From Nitrospirales bacterium (GTDB taxonomy: Bacteria > Nitrospirota > Nitrospiria > Nitrospirales > UBA8639): a DNA stretch of 64,000 nucleotides. Below the pieces are notes generated by a model. It searched no databases, was not told where the DNA came from, and saw only the letters and a program-made list of their open reading frames with translations. Made by a program: the position numbers and the translations under genes. Of the stretch, positions 1 to 10,585 are shown in pieces. How positions within the stretch are numbered: position 1 is the first letter of the stretch; each line of letters opens with the position of its first letter. The stretch is taken from NCBI GenBank assembly GCA_963555755.3, contig OY820905.2, positions 832,001 through 896,000 on the forward strand, read 5' to 3'.

Positions 1-1
1 T

Positions 2-94
2 CCAAACTTGACCGCTGATGACCTTCACGATGCCTTGCTCTTTGCCAGAAATGTAGCGGAGATTCCAGGCAACCCCACCTTACCTGCGGCATGA
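2..94 (+). CDS. C-terminal part of a DUF433-family antitoxin (truncated by window start)
   Basis: Frame 2 reads PNLTADDLHDALLFARN...*, resembling the DUF433 'YPxLTxxDIxAALxFA' end. Its stop overlaps the next start (ATGA). Confidence 0.7.
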   Translation, partial: PNLTADDLHDALLFARNVAEIPGNPTLPAA

Positions 95-438
95 AGGTTG
101 TCATCGATAACAACCTTCCGTGGAGTTTAGCGCGTTTACTGACCCAGAACGGTATTGAGGCGATTCATGTCGTTGACAAAGAACTTTCTGACGTATCGGA
201 TGATGTTTTGCGGAAAACATTCTCAAAACAAGACATTGTGTTTGTTTCTCGCGACGCGGACTTTTGGACCAACCACCCACCAACTTGGGCAATAATATGG
301 ATCGCCAGCCATAATCCCACCTTAGCCCAAATCAAAGGATCGATTTACAAGACGCTAGCCAACATAATCCCGACCTTGAAGCCCGGACAAAGAGTCCTTT
401 TAGCAACGGACCAAATCCGAATCTTTGAAGAGAAGTGA
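91..438 (+). CDS. DUF5615 PIN-like (VapC45-type) toxin
   Basis: MKVVIDNNLP...AIHV...SDD...VSRDADF PIN motif pattern; coupled to the DUF433-like gene. Confidence 0.8.
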   Translation: MKVVIDNNLPWSLARLLTQNGIEAIHVVDKELSDVSDDVLRKTFSKQDIVFVSRDADFWTNHPPTWAIIWIASHNPTLAQIKGSIYKTLANIIPTLKPGQRVLLATDQIRIFEEK

Positions 439-556
439 AGCCAAAACATAAGGCTGGAAATACAGGACGAGGAATAGTCAAGGGGCAGGGTGCTTGATTC
501 AATTCTGATTAATTTCAAGTACTGCTTCGTAGTTCGGAATAGCAGGAAAGGTAGGA

Positions 557-898
557 ATGGTAGCATTGCCCAAAACCCATAATACATTAGTAAATATGAT
601 TGACCCCTTTACTCAAGAAAAAGGCTCCGTAGAAATCAACCTAGAGCACGCCAACGGTATGGCCAAAATATCGGTGCAGGATAATGGGATTGGCATCAGT
701 CCCGATGAGCAAAAATTGGTGTTCGACCGCTTCTTTCGTTCCGATACCGCTCGCGCCCATGCCCAGAAAGGCACAGGATTAGGCTTGGCCATTTGCAAAT
801 GGATCGCCGAAACGCACCAAGGCCAAATCCAAGTCGAAAGCACCCCAGGCCAAGGCTCCCGCTTCACCATTTTCCTTCCACTGCACAGCCAAGCCTAA
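557..898 (+). pseudogene. Isolated HATPase_c fragment of a sensor histidine kinase
   Basis: G1 (VQDNGIGI), F (VFDRFFR) and G2 (GTGLGLAIC) boxes present; N box degenerate; no HisKA or sensor domain. Confidence 0.7.
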
Positions 899-974
899 CG
901 CCAAATATTTCCGGTTCCTTCTTCATGAGGATTGGGAAAAAAATAGCTGACCGTCCTTAGTCCCCACCCTCCAC

Positions 975-1047
975 TTGTCATTTCGACCCTTGGGAGAAAT
1001 CTCTGCCTTCCCCTGATCTAGATTTCTCACTCCGTTCGAAATGACAA
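975..1047. repeat. REP-like palindrome (family I: GTCATTTCGA...AGAAATCT / AGATTTCTC...TCGAAATGAC)
   Basis: Imperfect inverted repeat; inverted copies at 53542-53616 and 54881-54955. Confidence 0.8.
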
Positions 1048-1340
1048 TGAAATCGCATTGGGAGCGGCGAAGCGTACGTGTTCGGTGGAAAAGCAGTTCA
1101 GAGCCATATTGAATAAATACATCAATAGTAATGCCTGACCCCATTTCCTAAGCTCGATCACTTCGTGCGATGCCTAGAAAGCCTTTCAAGTGGGGCAGTC
1201 GAAATGTTGAGCGTTGTAATATCCCCAGCAAGGAAAGAAGCCCGCATTGACACACTCTCCGAGTCTTTCAGATATAACTTCAGCAGTTTGAATTCTAAAT
1301 TTTCAAACCTTTCACCATTCTCGGTAATTCGGTAATATAG

Positions 1341-1585
1341 TGGACCCCAGAATTCAGACCACAGGTTTAGTAAGATGAGGCCGTGGTTTGAAAGGGGGAC
1401 GCGATGGGGAAAATACGGGTCAGGCATAGTGCAGAATTTAAGGCCAAGGTGGCTCTTGAAGCGTTGAAAGGGCTGAAGACGGTCAACGAGTTGGCCGGAC
1501 AGTATCAACTACACCCGACGCAGATCAGCCAATGGAAGCGGCAGGTGCAAGGAGGAGCGAAAGACCTGTTTGCTCGAGGGCCGAA
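1341..1585 (+). mobile_element. IS3-family left-end remnant with truncated OrfA (ORF from 1404)
   Basis: TGGACCCCAGAATTCAGACCA terminus; HSAEFKAKVALEALKG...ELA...HPTQISQWK HTH; no OrfB. Confidence 0.8.
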
Positions 1586-1756
1586 AAAGGGGACGCTACC
1601 CTTTTATTCACCCTGAACTCCCAAGACGATCTCAAAAGCACAGAAACCCTGGATCTCCGATAAAAGCAGTCGGGGATGACGGCAGGGAACATTGATGGGC
1701 CACGCCGAACCAATCGGCTTCGATCAATCGAAACGTACGCTGTTCAATTCTTCTGC

Positions 1757-2072
1757 TGCGTTGGGCGCGGCGGAGCCGGAGTACCGAATCGGCCTTTTTG
1801 GCGAAGGCTGTTTGAGCGCAGCGAGTTCCTGAGCCATCTTATTCGGTGCGGAGGCGGAGGGACCCGGAAGAGAATGATCAAAACGTCCGTCAGCGGCGTT
1901 CTCGGCCCTTTGCCGTGCTCACGTACTACGCGTACGCTGCGCGCGCCAAAGCGCCTGCGGCCTTGCTGACGAACGTTTTGATCATTCTCTGGAGGGCCGC
2001 GCACAGGCAAAAATGGTTTGGGGTGCTTTTGCCGAAACAAAAGTGCCTCGTCATGCAGGGGCGAAACCCTGT
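1757..2072 (+). repeat. Family F intergenic repeat, interrupted by a family A element
   Basis: GCGTTGGGCGCGGCGGAG...GGAGGGCCGCGCAC...ATGGTTT...CCGAAACAAAAG; reverse partial copies at ~54726-54830 and ~53447-53490. Confidence 0.7.
1869..1990 (-). mobile_element. Family A MITE-like element (variant ends)
   Basis: Terminal IR AGAGAATGATCAAAACGT; GGA duplicated on both sides; the empty site CCCGGAGGGCC is present in the F copy near 54800. Confidence 0.8.
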
Positions 2073-2100
2073 TTTTAAATAAAAGGATTAATTGGAAAAT

Positions 2101-4353
2101 TTAAGACTGAGGGATTGGCTTAAAAAACACTGCCGAGAGCGGAGGAAGAGTAATCACCATCGAATGGGATTGGCCATGCCAGGGCATTTCTTCAGCAGTC
2201 GCGCCGCCGGCATTGCCCATATTACTCCCCCCATAGATGGCCGCATCACTATTAAGAAGTTCTTGATAATGTCCACCGAGGGGGACACCTAACCGATAAC
2301 CTTCCCGCGGGATAGGCGTAAAATTAAACACACAAACAATTTGGTCTGACTGATCCTTAGCTCGCCGAATATAAGAGAGCGTGGATTGGTCGCTGTCGTG
2401 CAGGTCGATCCATTGAAACCCTGTCCAATCAAAATCCACCTGATGGAGAGCGGGCTCTTTCACATACAAACGATTGAGATCAGCCACATACTTTTGCAAT
2501 CCTTGATGAGGTGCGTATTCCAATAAATGCCACTGCACGCTATCTTCATGATTCCATTCCCACCATTGCCCAAACTCACCACCCATGAAGATCATCTTCT
2601 TTCCCGGATGCCCCCACATGTGGCCGAACAACGCACGGAGATTGGCAAACCGTTGCCACTGGTCTCCTGGCATTTTATCCAGCAAGGCCTTCTTGCCGTG
2701 CACCACTTCATCATGGGAAAGGACTAACACGAAATTTTCCGTGAACGCATAGATTAATCCAAACGTCACATTGTGGTGATGATATTTACGATGCACGGAG
2801 TCTTCGCTGAAATACTTCAATGTATCGTGCATCCAGCCCATGTTCCATTTAAACGTAAATCCGAGGCCGCCGACATAGGTGGGGCGAGAGACGCCAGTCC
2901 AAGCGGTCGATTCCTCCGCAATCATCATGACGCCCGGATGTTCCTGATGCACCATCACGTTTAGCTCTTTGAGAAATTCCACTGCTCCAAGGTTTTCATT
3001 TCCACCATGTTGATTCGGCACCCATTCACCAGCTTTTCTGGCATAATCCAAATACAACATGGAGGCCACGGCATCCACGCGCAAGCCATCAATGTGATAC
3101 CGATCGAACCACAGCAAGGCGCTATTGATCAGAAAGTTTCTGACCTCCGTCCGGCCGTAATTAAATATCCGGCTTTTCCATTCGGGGTGATACCCCAATC
3201 GAGGGTCGGAGTGGTCAAATAAATGCGTGCCATCAAACCAGGCCAACCCATGCGGGTCATCGGGAAAATGCGCGGGTGCCCAATCCATGATGACACCGAT
3301 CTTTGCATGATGGCAGGCATCGACAAACGCCTTGAAATCCTCAGCAGATCCAAACCGGCTTGTTGGGGCAAAGTACCCAGTGGATTGATAGCCCCATGAT
3401 CCATCAAAGGGGTGCTCCACCACCGGCATCAACTCGATATGCGTAAAGCCCATGTCCTTGACGTAGGGAATGAGTTGTTCGGCAAGCTCTGAATAGGTCA
3501 ACCACCGTCCGCCTTCTTCTGTCACTCGCTTCCACGATCCCAAGTGCACTTCATAGATCGAAAGGGGTTCGGCTAACAGATCGAGGGATTGCCGCGCGTG
3601 TATCCATCCGGCATCTTTCCATTGGTACCCAGACACATCCCGGACAATCGATGCGGTCTGTGGACGCAGCTCGGCCTGCGTGGCATATGGATCGGCTTTG
3701 AGCAAGGGGACTGCACTATCCTTCGGTCGAATTTCATATTTATACTTTTCCCCTTCAGGCAGATCGGGCATAAACAATTCCCAAATCCCGGTACTCCCTC
3801 GCGAGCGCATGGGATTCCGACGACCATCCCACCCATTGAAATCTCCGACCACACTCACGCGCATGGCATTCGGCGCCCACACGGCAAAATTCACACCATG
3901 GACTTTTTGATGTTCACACGGGTGCGCACCCAGCTTTTCATATGCCTGATACAACTTCCCCTCACCAAAGAGATGCAGATCAAATTCGCTCAGGACTGGT
4001 GAAAAAGCGTAGGGATCATGCCCCTCGGTCGTTTTCCCTTTGGAATCGGTCACCCGGAACCGGTATCCGTCCGGTGTCATGCGTTCAGTGCACACAGCCT
4101 CAAAAATTCCTTTGGGATGGACAACTTGCATGGGAATAGGATCGAGAGTGGAATCGGCAGGGACCACCACAGCGGTGGCAGCATCAGGCAGAAACGCCCG
4201 AATAAAAAAGGATTGACGACCCTCCCGCTTTTCCTCGTGAGGTCCGAGGACGGCAAACGGATCCCAACACTCTGCTGAAATAATTTCTTCAAAGGTATCG
4301 GGGTATACGGATTTGGTAGATTCGTTTATACTCTTACGCGATTGTTTTTTCAT
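2101..4353 (-). CDS. glgB: 1,4-alpha-glucan branching enzyme
   Basis: GH13 motifs [50 protein letters not shown]. Confidence 0.97.
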   Translation of the reverse strand: MKKQSRKSINESTKSVYPDTFEEIISAECWDPFAVLGPHEEKREGRQSFFIRAFLPDAATAVVVPADSTLDPIPMQVVHPKGIFEAVCTERMTPDGYRFRVTDSKGKTTEGHDPYAFSPVLSEFDLHLFGEGKLYQAYEKLGAHPCEHQKVHGVNFAVWAPNAMRVSVVGDFNGWDGRRNPMRSRGSTGIWELFMPDLPEGEKYKYEIRPKDSAVPLLKADPYATQAELRPQTASIVRDVSGYQWKDAGWIHARQSLDLLAEPLSIYEVHLGSWKRVTEEGGRWLTYSELAEQLIPYVKDMGFTHIELMPVVEHPFDGSWGYQSTGYFAPTSRFGSAEDFKAFVDACHHAKIGVIMDWAPAHFPDDPHGLAWFDGTHLFDHSDPRLGYHPEWKSRIFNYGRTEVRNFLINSALLWFDRYHIDGLRVDAVASMLYLDYARKAGEWVPNQHGGNENLGAVEFLKELNVMVHQEHPGVMMIAEESTAWTGVSRPTYVGGLGFTFKWNMGWMHDTLKYFSEDSVHRKYHHHNVTFGLIYAFTENFVLVLSHDEVVHGKKALLDKMPGDQWQRFANLRALFGHMWGHPGKKMIFMGGEFGQWWEWNHEDSVQWHLLEYAPHQGLQKYVADLNRLYVKEPALHQVDFDWTGFQWIDLHDSDQSTLSYIRRAKDQSDQIVCVFNFTPIPREGYRLGVPLGGHYQELLNSDAAIYGGSNMGNAGGATAEEMPWHGQSHSMVITLPPLSAVFFKPIPQS

Positions 4354-4377
4354 GGAATTGAACCTTCAAACTAACTA

Positions 4378-4656
4378 ATGCCCTTTTCGCTCATTGCGGC
4401 ACTGATCATTGTCTTTTTCGCGGTCGCCTTTTCTTTACAAAATGACCAAATGGTTGCGATTACATTTTTTCAATGGGACTTTCAGGGCTCTCTAGTCCTA
4501 GTATTATTGACCACCCTGTTTCTGGGCATGCTGATTCACCTGTTGGCATCGATGCCTGCACGAATCAGGAAATCACGACACGCGTCACAATTACAGAAAA
4601 GGATTGCCGAATTAGAACATTCGCTTTCGGAAAAAGTTCAACCACCAAACCATTGA
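4378..4656 (+). CDS. LapA-family (DUF1049) membrane protein
   Basis: Two TM helices with 'FSLQN...V.I.FF.W.F..SL.LVLL' and a C-terminal coiled coil. Confidence 0.8.
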   Translation: MPFSLIAALIIVFFAVAFSLQNDQMVAITFFQWDFQGSLVLVLLTTLFLGMLIHLLASMPARIRKSRHASQLQKRIAELEHSLSEKVQPPNH

Positions 4657-4731
4657 CTTAGGACCTGAGGTCCTAAGAGCGTACTCTAGATTATCCATTA
4701 AAGAAACCCTTAACCTTGACCGGGAGACAGT

Positions 4732-5988
4732 GTGGTAGAACGATCCCCTCAACGTGTGTTGGCCATTATCATGGCAGGCGGCAAAGGCGAACGCCTCATG
4801 CCCCTCACCGAACAACGCAGCAAGCCGGCTGTTCCGTTTGCTGGCACCTACCGTATCGTGGATTTCGTCCTGAGCAATTTCTTGAATTCCGGCGTCCTGG
4901 CCATGTATGTGCTGGTCCAATACCGTTCGCAATCGCTGATTGAACATCTTCGACGGGCCTGGCGAATTGGCGGCCCTAATCGCCAGTCCTTTATTACCGT
5001 GGTCCCACCACAAATGAAAGGCCGTGGGAAATGGTATGAAGGCACTGCTGATGCGGTATTTCAGAATCTGAACATTGTGCAAGATTTTGCGCCAAACCTT
5101 GTGGCCGTCTTTGGCGCGGATCATATATACCGGATGGATCTTCGGCAAATGATTCAGTTCCACTTGGACAACCAGGCTGATGTGACTATAGCCGCACTGC
5201 CCGTGCCCATCCAATCCGCCAAAGGGTTCGGCATTATCCAGACCGATGCGGACCAACGAATCAAAGGGTTTGAAGAAAAGCCCAAACACCCGAAACCCAT
5301 GCCCGGCAATCCGAACATGGCGTTTTCGTCAATGGGCAATTACATTTTCAATGTGGATGTTCTCATGAAAGCCCTGGAGCAGGATGCCCGAAGTCCCGGC
5401 TCCCATGACTTCGGTCGTGACATCATCCCCTCCCTCATACGATCCCACAAAATGATGGCCTATAACTTTTTGGACAATGTGGTGCTTGGCGTCCATCCGT
5501 ATGAAGAATGGGGGTATTGGCGTGACGTCGGAACGCTCGAAGCCTATTGGCAAGCCCACATGGACATCCTCGGCGAGAACCCGATATTCGATCTCCGCAA
5601 TGTCAATTGGCCGATTACGACGGATGCGTCGGGGGAACCCATCGCCAGTGTCGTTCGGTCTCAGTTAGATGACGCAATGGTCGGGCAAGGCAGCCTAGTC
5701 GTTGATGCCAATATCCGTCGATCAGTCATCGGCCGCAACGTCAGAATTGGGGAGGGAGCGGACATTGAAGAATGCGTGATTCTCGATGGCACAGTCGTGG
5801 GCTCCAAAGCTCGGTTGCGTCGCGTGATTTCCGACCGCTTTAATCTGATCCCCCCCGGGACTGAATTAGGATATGAAAAACTTCAAGACAATAACATTCA
5901 GTACTCCGTCGATAAGTCTGGCATCATCGTTCTCCCTCGCGGGCACTCGTATGGTGGCCGGGCTGTTCCTCCAATCCCTAACCCTTAA
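4732..5988 (+). CDS. glgC: Glucose-1-phosphate adenylyltransferase
   Basis: AGGKGERL, RSKPAVPF, WYEGTADAV, FEEKP, SMGNYIF, YWRDVGT. Confidence 0.96.
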   Translation: MVERSPQRVLAIIMAGGKGERLMPLTEQRSKPAVPFAGTYRIVDFVLSNFLNSGVLAMYVLVQYRSQSLIEHLRRAWRIGGPNRQSFITVVPPQMKGRGKWYEGTADAVFQNLNIVQDFAPNLVAVFGADHIYRMDLRQMIQFHLDNQADVTIAALPVPIQSAKGFGIIQTDADQRIKGFEEKPKHPKPMPGNPNMAFSSMGNYIFNVDVLMKALEQDARSPGSHDFGRDIIPSLIRSHKMMAYNFLDNVVLGVHPYEEWGYWRDVGTLEAYWQAHMDILGENPIFDLRNVNWPITTDASGEPIASVVRSQLDDAMVGQGSLVVDANIRRSVIGRNVRIGEGADIEECVILDGTVVGSKARLRRVISDRFNLIPPGTELGYEKLQDNNIQYSVDKSGIIVLPRGHSYGGRAVPPIPNP

Positions 5989-6172
5989 CAGAGCCAATAC
6001 GGCTTCATCAGGGCTCATGGGAAGCCGAACTTCTGAACCCCTGATGCTCTTCCACCGTACAGCCAGCGAGCAGGCACATTCCACACATGTGACGGTATGA
6101 AGCTTTTGAATAATTCCAAAAAACTTCACAATGGCGACTTTGGCCTAACCTCCTCAAATGTCAGGAGCAAAG

Positions 6173-6294
6173 TGGGCTGTTCAAAAAGGCTCGTCCAGCA
6201 AGGCTGCAGGCCCGTTGGCGCGCGGAGCGTACACGGAGTACGTGAGCACGACAACGGGCCGAGAACGCCGCTGGCGACCTTTTTCAACAGTCCA
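6173..6294 (+). mobile_element. Family A MITE-like element (5' extension from ~6098)
   Basis: GGGCTGTTCAAAAAGG...CCTTTTTCAACAGTCC termini; core shared with the other A copies. Confidence 0.85.
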
Positions 6295-6305
6295 CCGGTG
6301 TCAAC

Positions 6306-9203
6306 ATGACCACACCTCGCGTTCCCATCTCCACCTACCGCTTGCAATTGAACCAACACTGTACGTTTCAGGATGCCACGCAGATCATTCCTTATCTCCA
6401 CAATTTAGGAATCTCCGACTGTTATACCTCGCCATATTTGCAATCTGCCCCAGGCAGTCTCCACGGCTATGACGTAGTTGACCCCACGCAGCTCAATTCC
6501 GAACTGGGGACTCAGGACGATTACCAGACCTTTATTCAAGCCTTGGCAGACCAGGAGATGGGACACATTCTAGATATTGTTCCCAACCACATGAACATCG
6601 CCGGGCCAGGGAATGCGTGGTGGCAGGACGTGTTGGAGAATGGGCCAAGCTCCCACTACGCCGATTTCTTCGACATTAACTGGCATCCCGTCAAACCCGA
6701 GTTAGACAACAAGGTCTTGCTGCCTATCTTAGGGGATCAATTTGGCATAGTGCTGGAAAACGGTGAGATCACGCTGTCGTATCAACACGGGAGGTTTTCT
6801 CTCCAGTACTATGAACACCAACTCCCCGTTGACCCTAGCACCTGGGCCCTTATCTTGAGTTTCCGGATCGAGGAGCTCATGGAGCAACATGATCCAACCC
6901 ACGCTGACATTCAGGAACTCCAAAGCATCATTACGGCCTTATCAAATTTGCCGAACCGAAACGACCGCAATCCTCATCACATCACGGAACGCTATCGCGA
7001 AAATGAAGTCATCACACGCCGGTTGACCACTGTGATGAAAGAGAGCCAGCTCATTGCGGACTTTCTCAACGAAAACATTCGACGCTTTAACGGGACCCCG
7101 GGAACCCCTCGAAGCTTTGACCTCCTTGATACACTGCTCGGCGAGCAAGCCTACCGTTTGGCCTTTTGGCAAGTCGCCGCCGAGGAAATCAATTATCGCC
7201 GGTTTTTCGATATCAACCAATTGGCTGCCATTCGAGTCGAACGGCCCAAGGTCTTTCAACGCACGCACGAATTTATTTTTTCTCTCATTAAGGCCGGGGC
7301 CGTCAGCGGACTCCGAATCGATCATGTCGATGGGTTGTACCATCCTAGAAAATATCTTCAGCAATGGCAGGAATGGGCCCAAAAAGAATTAGGCCTGCCG
7401 GCTGATCATAAAGGACGGGCACTCTTCATTGTGGTCGAAAAAATCTTGGGCAAAGGAGAAATGCTCTCGGAAGAATGGCCCATTTTTGGCACCACCGGGT
7501 ATGACTTTCTCGGCCTGGTCAATAACCTGTTCATCGACGCTTTTCATAAACGTGGTCTGGATGCGGCATACATCCGATTCACCAAGAACCCGATGCCCTT
7601 TGAGGATTTAGCCTATCACTCCAAAAAATTGATCATGAGCAGCTCAATGCCAAGCGAGCTGAATACCCTCGGGCATCAGCTCAATGTGCTCTCCGAAAAA
7701 AATCGTCACTCCCGAGACTTTCCCCTCAATAGCTTGACCTATGCCTTGCGTGAAATCATCGCGTGTTTCCCGGTCTATCGCACGTATGTCACACCAGACC
7801 CCAGAGAACCCATTACCGACCGTGATCGAGCCTATATTCGTCTCGCTGTCATTCAAGCCAAACGAAAAAATCCAACCACGAATAGCCACGTGTTTGATTT
7901 CATTCAAGAACTGTTGCTGAAAACTCCAACCGACAATGCCCATCTGCAATGGTCGGAAGTCCATCCCTTTGTCATGAAATTCCAACAAACCACCAGTCCG
8001 GTCACTGCCAAAGGGGTGGAGGACACCGCCTTCTATTTATATAACCGTTTGATCTCACTCAACGAAGTCGGTGGGGAACCCTCGCAATTTGGCACACCAC
8101 TGTCAGCTTTTCATGAACGCATGCGGGAGCGCCAACACCTCTGGCCCTCCAGTATCTCGGCCACCTCCACCCACGATACCAAACGTAGCGAAGACGTACG
8201 CGCGCGCATCCATGTGCTCTCGGAAATGCCTAAAGAATGGAAGGCGTGTATTACCAGATGGCATCGGCTCAACAAGAAAAAGAAAACACGTCTCGACGGC
8301 CAAGACGTGCCCAACCGAAACGAAGAATATCTACTCTACCAAACCCTCGTGGGCGCTTGGCCCTTTGCTCCCCTGAATTCCTCCATCTACGAGGATTTTT
8401 GTCAACGCATGGAACAGTACATGCTCAAAGCCCTGAGGGAGGCTAAAGCACACACCAGTTGGATCAATCCCAATGAAAACTATGAGCAAGCTGTCTGTAC
8501 TTTTGCGCGAAACATCCTCGACCCCAGACAGTCATCGCAGTTTCTTGAAGATTTCCTTCCTTTCCAGGACACCATTGCGCGATATGGGATGTATAATGCT
8601 CTGAGCCAGCTCGTCTTGAAAATTGCCGCCCCCGGCATTCCCGACTTCTATCAAGGGACGGAGTTGTGGGACTTTAGCCTGGTAGACCCGGATAACCGTC
8701 GGCCTATCGACTATATCCACCGACAACAGCTCCTCATACAACTCGAATCAGATGAACAAGATGCCCCTGAAGATTTCTTTCATACGCTGTTGAGCCACTA
8801 TACCGATGGTCGAATCAAGCTCTATATCACACAAGCCTTACTGAACTTCCGACGTCAGCACCATGCCCTGTTTCAGGATGGCGACTATCACCCCCTTGAA
8901 ACTCTTGGCGAAAAGCGGCACCATCTCTGTGCATTTCAACGAACATGGAAAGAGACAACTATTTTGATCGTGGTGCCGAGGCTCTTACACCACGTCATCC
9001 CCAACCCCGAAGAACTTGCACTCGGTGAATCTGTCTGGTGTGATACACTAATCAAGCTTTCCGACCACACTTCAGAATCCCAATATCGTAACGTGTTAAC
9101 CAAGGAAACGATTTCGACCGTCACCATAGATCAGCAGCACGTATTGCCAGTCGCGAACATTTTTCACTACTTGCCTGTAGCCTTGATGGAGCACATACCA
9201 TGA
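6306..9203 (+). CDS. treY: Malto-oligosyltrehalose synthase
   Basis: STYRLQ, HGYDVVD, DIVPNHM, GLRIDHVDGL, VVEKIL, STHDTKRSEDVRAR, SLVDPDNRRP. Confidence 0.96.
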   Translation: MTTPRVPISTYRLQLNQHCTFQDATQIIPYLHNLGISDCYTSPYLQSAPGSLHGYDVVDPTQLNSELGTQDDYQTFIQALADQEMGHILDIVPNHMNIAGPGNAWWQDVLENGPSSHYADFFDINWHPVKPELDNKVLLPILGDQFGIVLENGEITLSYQHGRFSLQYYEHQLPVDPSTWALILSFRIEELMEQHDPTHADIQELQSIITALSNLPNRNDRNPHHITERYRENEVITRRLTTVMKESQLIADFLNENIRRFNGTPGTPRSFDLLDTLLGEQAYRLAFWQVAAEEINYRRFFDINQLAAIRVERPKVFQRTHEFIFSLIKAGAVSGLRIDHVDGLYHPRKYLQQWQEWAQKELGLPADHKGRALFIVVEKILGKGEMLSEEWPIFGTTGYDFLGLVNNLFIDAFHKRGLDAAYIRFTKNPMPFEDLAYHSKKLIMSSSMPSELNTLGHQLNVLSEKNRHSRDFPLNSLTYALREIIACFPVYRTYVTPDPREPITDRDRAYIRLAVIQAKRKNPTTNSHVFDFIQELLLKTPTDNAHLQWSEVHPFVMKFQQTTSPVTAKGVEDTAFYLYNRLISLNEVGGEPSQFGTPLSAFHERMRERQHLWPSSISATSTHDTKRSEDVRARIHVLSEMPKEWKACITRWHRLNKKKKTRLDGQDVPNRNEEYLLYQTLVGAWPFAPLNSSIYEDFCQRMEQYMLKALREAKAHTSWINPNENYEQAVCTFARNILDPRQSSQFLEDFLPFQDTIARYGMYNALSQLVLKIAAPGIPDFYQGTELWDFSLVDPDNRRPIDYIHRQQLLIQLESDEQDAPEDFFHTLLSHYTDGRIKLYITQALLNFRRQHHALFQDGDYHPLETLGEKRHHLCAFQRTWKETTILIVVPRLLHHVIPNPEELALGESVWCDTLIKLSDHTSESQYRNVLTKETISTVTIDQQHVLPVANIFHYLPVALMEHIP

Positions 9204-9451
9204 CCCCTCTTTCATCTGATTCGACCAATCATACGAACCAAGAATCACGCTCCAACCCGTCCTCTCCAGAGGACGTCCTTGGGTGGGAAGGACATGTCAA
9301 TGTCCCCAGTTCCCCACTATGGACGAAACTCCTGGGTAACTGGCCTGAACTTCGTACAGGATTGGCGTTTAGTATAGTATTTGTCGTGGGAGCGGTAGTC
9401 GGAAGTAGTGTCGCGCTTCTCTTTGGTTGCAATCGTACAAAATCGGAGTAA
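9200..9451 (+). CDS. Small membrane protein
   Basis: ATGA-coupled to treY; one C-terminal hydrophobic helix. Confidence 0.55.
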   Translation: MTPLSSDSTNHTNQESRSNPSSPEDVLGWEGHVNVPSSPLWTKLLGNWPELRTGLAFSIVFVVGAVVGSSVALLFGCNRTKSE

Positions 9452-9576
9452 CTACTCAGGTGGATAGGCTGAAGGCCGAAGGCTTTTAGGAAGCCATCAT
9501 ATATGATCATACAAAACGCCGGGCATTACGAGGATTATCCTTCGGTCTTTAGCCTTCAGCCTAAATACCTGAGTAG
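9452..9576 (+). repeat. Family H palindromic element with GGCTGAA heptamers
   Basis: CTACTCAGGT...ACCTGAGTAG ends; second copy at 24156-24280. Confidence 0.8.
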
Positions 9577-9779
9577 ATACAAATCAGAAGACTAAGGATC
9601 CGTAAAGAAATACGTGGGATATTAAGACGCTTAGATTTAGGTCAGATTTGGTCGATCTGAATGAGAGGAACCGGAAGAATAGTTGTGCTATTTTGAACCT
9701 AGAAACGGCAGTTGGGCGCAAAAAAGACGTGTAAGATATTGGTGTGCATGGTGAAATACAAAAAGTCGTGGTCACCTTA

Positions 9780-9936
9780 GGGCTCGCGCAAGAATACCTT
9801 CCCCGGTTTGGGCGTCGATCCATCCTGTCTGGCGGCGTTGCTCGTCCTTTCCATACGAGGAGTATGCGCAGTCCTCGCGCCTTGCCAGACAGGTGTCTCA
9901 GCACCCAAACCGGGGAAGGTATTCTTGCGCGAACCC
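9780..9936 (+). mobile_element. Family B MITE (157 bp) inside C
   Basis: GGG(C/T)TCGCGCAAGAATA terminal IR; same length as the free copies. Confidence 0.88.
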
Positions 9937-9979
9937 TCCGTGGTGATGAGATATTTTTGTATTTTATCAGGTGCGCTAA

Positions 9980-10242
9980 GGGTCCGTCACGAAATAACCG
10001 GGACAATTGGGAGGCCCAGATTTGTGATCGGGGCAAGGCGCGACGAGGGAGCAGAGCGGGGCTCTGTGACCGAGGAGCAACGCCGCCCCGGGCCAAAGAT
10101 GGGCCTCCCCGGAAGGCCGGACGCTTTTGGGCTCCGCCGGCGTCGCTCATCGCTTCCATACTCCCGGTATGCGCGCTCTTCGCTCCTTGACTCGCTCCAA
10201 AATCGTCTCGGCCAATTGTCCCGGTTATTTCGTGACGGACCC
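9980..10242 (+). mobile_element. Family D MITE
   Basis: Perfect 31-bp terminal IR GGGTCCGTCACGAAATAACCGGGACAATTGG; flanked by TAA and TGA. Confidence 0.85.
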
Positions 10243-10245
10243 TGA

Positions 10246-10425
10246 GGACCTGCGAGAAAATAACTTGATCAATATCGCGCCAAGATTTGGGTCGGATTTG
10301 GACGGAACGATTGAGAAACACTCGAGGCATAGCACAGCTATGGTGAGGGTTTTTCGATTGAGGCCCGTTCAAAGATGGCCCGAAGATTGGATGCGAGATT
10401 GTTCAAGTTATTTTCTCGCAGGTCC
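10246..10425 (+). mobile_element. Family E MITE (180 bp)
   Basis: Terminal IR GGACCTGCGAGAAAATAACTTGA; partial copies at 53139 and 63937. Confidence 0.85.
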
Positions 10426-10585
10426 TAAGAGCTTGCGCGGACTTTTGTGATCCAACTGCGGTTTCTAGGTTGAAGGTTTCTCGATTGAAGATCGGCCAAA
10501 GATGGCCTGAAGATAAGATGTATACATGTTCCACTTATTTCTTTACGGATCCTACTAATAACCGCCGAAAAAAAAGGGGAGGACT

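Larger units (their letters stand above)
9697..10470 (+). mobile_element. Family C composite MITE carrying B, D and E
   Basis: ACCTAGAAACGGCAGTTGG / CCAACTGCGGTTTCTAGGT ends, TGA duplicated; shorter copy at 41233-41551. Confidence 0.85.
9596..10552 (+). mobile_element. Diverged family E element (E') split by a nested composite element C
   Basis: Terminal IR GGATCCGTAAAGAAATA / TATTTCTTTACGGATCC; the two halves rejoin to resemble element E. Confidence 0.75.

Noticed and set aside
9584..10450. ORFs of 107-262 aa over the nested repeats (similar ones at 1676, 20546, 41043, 53262, 63762)
   Set aside because: They are translations of MITE sequence that recur wherever the elements occur.
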